Position numbers and translations under genes: made by a program
Shown here: positions 63,141 through 64,000 of the stretch, in pieces
Position numbering within the stretch: position 1 is the stretch's first letter
Layout: each line of letters starts with the position of its first letter
The notes under the pieces: generated by a model
Told to the model about the DNA's origin: nothing
Database searches by the model: none
What the model saw: only the letters and a program-made list of their open reading frames with translations
Assembly (NCBI RefSeq): GCF_046119375.1
Contig: NW_027362770.1
Coordinates: 194,494,001 to 194,558,000 of the forward strand
Length of the DNA: 64,000 nucleotides
Reading direction: 5' to 3'
Origin: Phyllobates terribilis
Lineage: Eukaryota

Positions 63141-64000
63141 GTACCCCCCCTTCTACGAGGGGCCTCCGGACCCTCAGGGCCAGGTTTATCCGGGTGAGTC
63201 GTGTGGAAGGCCCGAACTAATCGGTCTGCGTTAATATCCGACGCAGGAACCCACATCCTCTCCTCAGGACCATACCCTTTCCAATGAACCAGGTACTGAA
63301 GGGACCGGCGATTAAAGCGTGAATCGATGACCCTCGATACCTGGAACTCCAAGTTACCCTTGACCACCACTGGAGGGGGAGGTAAAGGTGACGGTACCAC
63401 CGGCGCCACATACCTCTTAAGCAACGATCTGTGGAACACGTTGTGAATTTTAAACGTAGGGGGGAGGTCAAGACGGAATGCCACCGGATTAATAATAGAA
63501 CTGATTCTGTACGGCCCGATGAACCTGGGACCCAGTTTCCAGGAGGGAACCTTAAGTTTTATATTCCTGGTAGACAACCATACCCGATCGTTCACACTTA
63601 GGTCCGGACCAGACACTCTCCTCCTATCAGCCATACGTTTGTATCGGTTCCCCATAGTATTCAGATTCTTCAGCACCCCTCTCCATACTGAAGCGAGTGA
63701 TGAGGAAAATCGTTCCTCCTCAGGAACCCCCGAAGAGCCCCCCCTACTGAAAGTACAAAACTGGGGGTGAAAACCATATGCCCCAAAAAACGGGGACTTA
63801 CCAGTGGACTCGCTCCGCCTATTATTAAGAGCAAACTCTGCCAGAGGTAAGAAAGAAGCCCAGTCCTCCTGGTTCTCTGACACAAAACACCGGAGATATG
63901 TCTCCAAGCTCTGGTTCATACGTTCCGTCTGACCATTGGTCTGAGGATGAAAAGCCGATGAGAATGACAACTGCATCCCCCGCCGTGCACAAAACGCCTT
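63080..64000 (-). CDS. Gypsy (chromovirus-type) pol C-terminus: integrase end, GPY/F motif and chromodomain; open to window edge
   Basis: KAFCARRGMQLSFSSAFHPQTNGQTERMNQ (catalytic E), GPRFIGPYRI, FQVSRVIDSR..LQYLVHWKGYGPEERMWVPASDI; frame runs about 60 nt into the LTR. Confidence 0.93.
   Translation of the reverse strand, partial: KAFCARRGMQLSFSSAFHPQTNGQTERMNQSLETYLRCFVSENQEDWASFLPLAEFALNNRRSESTGKSPFFGAYGFHPQFCTFSRGGSSGVPEEERFSSSLASVWRGVLKNLNTMGNRYKRMADRRRVSGPDLSVNDRVWLSTRNIKLKVPSWKLGPRFIGPYRISSIINPVAFRLDLPPTFKIHNVFHRSLLKRYVAPVVPSPLPPPPVVVKGNLEFQVSRVIDSRFNRRSLQYLVHWKGYGPEERMWVPASDINADRLVRAFHTTHPDKPGPEGPEAPRRRGGTVTGVSPRRSSRLHSLTSRS

Overview
Vertebrate genomic DNA, most likely an anuran amphibian (inferred from the minisatellite and transposon styles; not provable here). 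About 72% of the window (~46 kb) is six distinct tandem-repeat families, the largest a ~25.8 kb array of a 38-bp unit. Between the arrays lie a compact four-coding-exon BORCS5 (minus), an uninterrupted B3GALT6 CDS (minus), a divergent H2A/H2B pair and an H3 gene with replication-dependent 3' stem-loops, two solo LTRs, a decayed hAT transposon and a chromodomain Gypsy element inserted into the hAT transposase. Most long ORFs in the supplied track are translations of tandem repeats, not genes. The clearest unusual observation is a 1,069-bp solo LTR with a TATA target-site duplication sitting between the H3 promoter and the H3 start codon; that H3 copy also carries Q55R and M90I. I found no defensible novel multi-gene system. 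All coordinates were counted by hand; array edges are approximate to about 10 bp.
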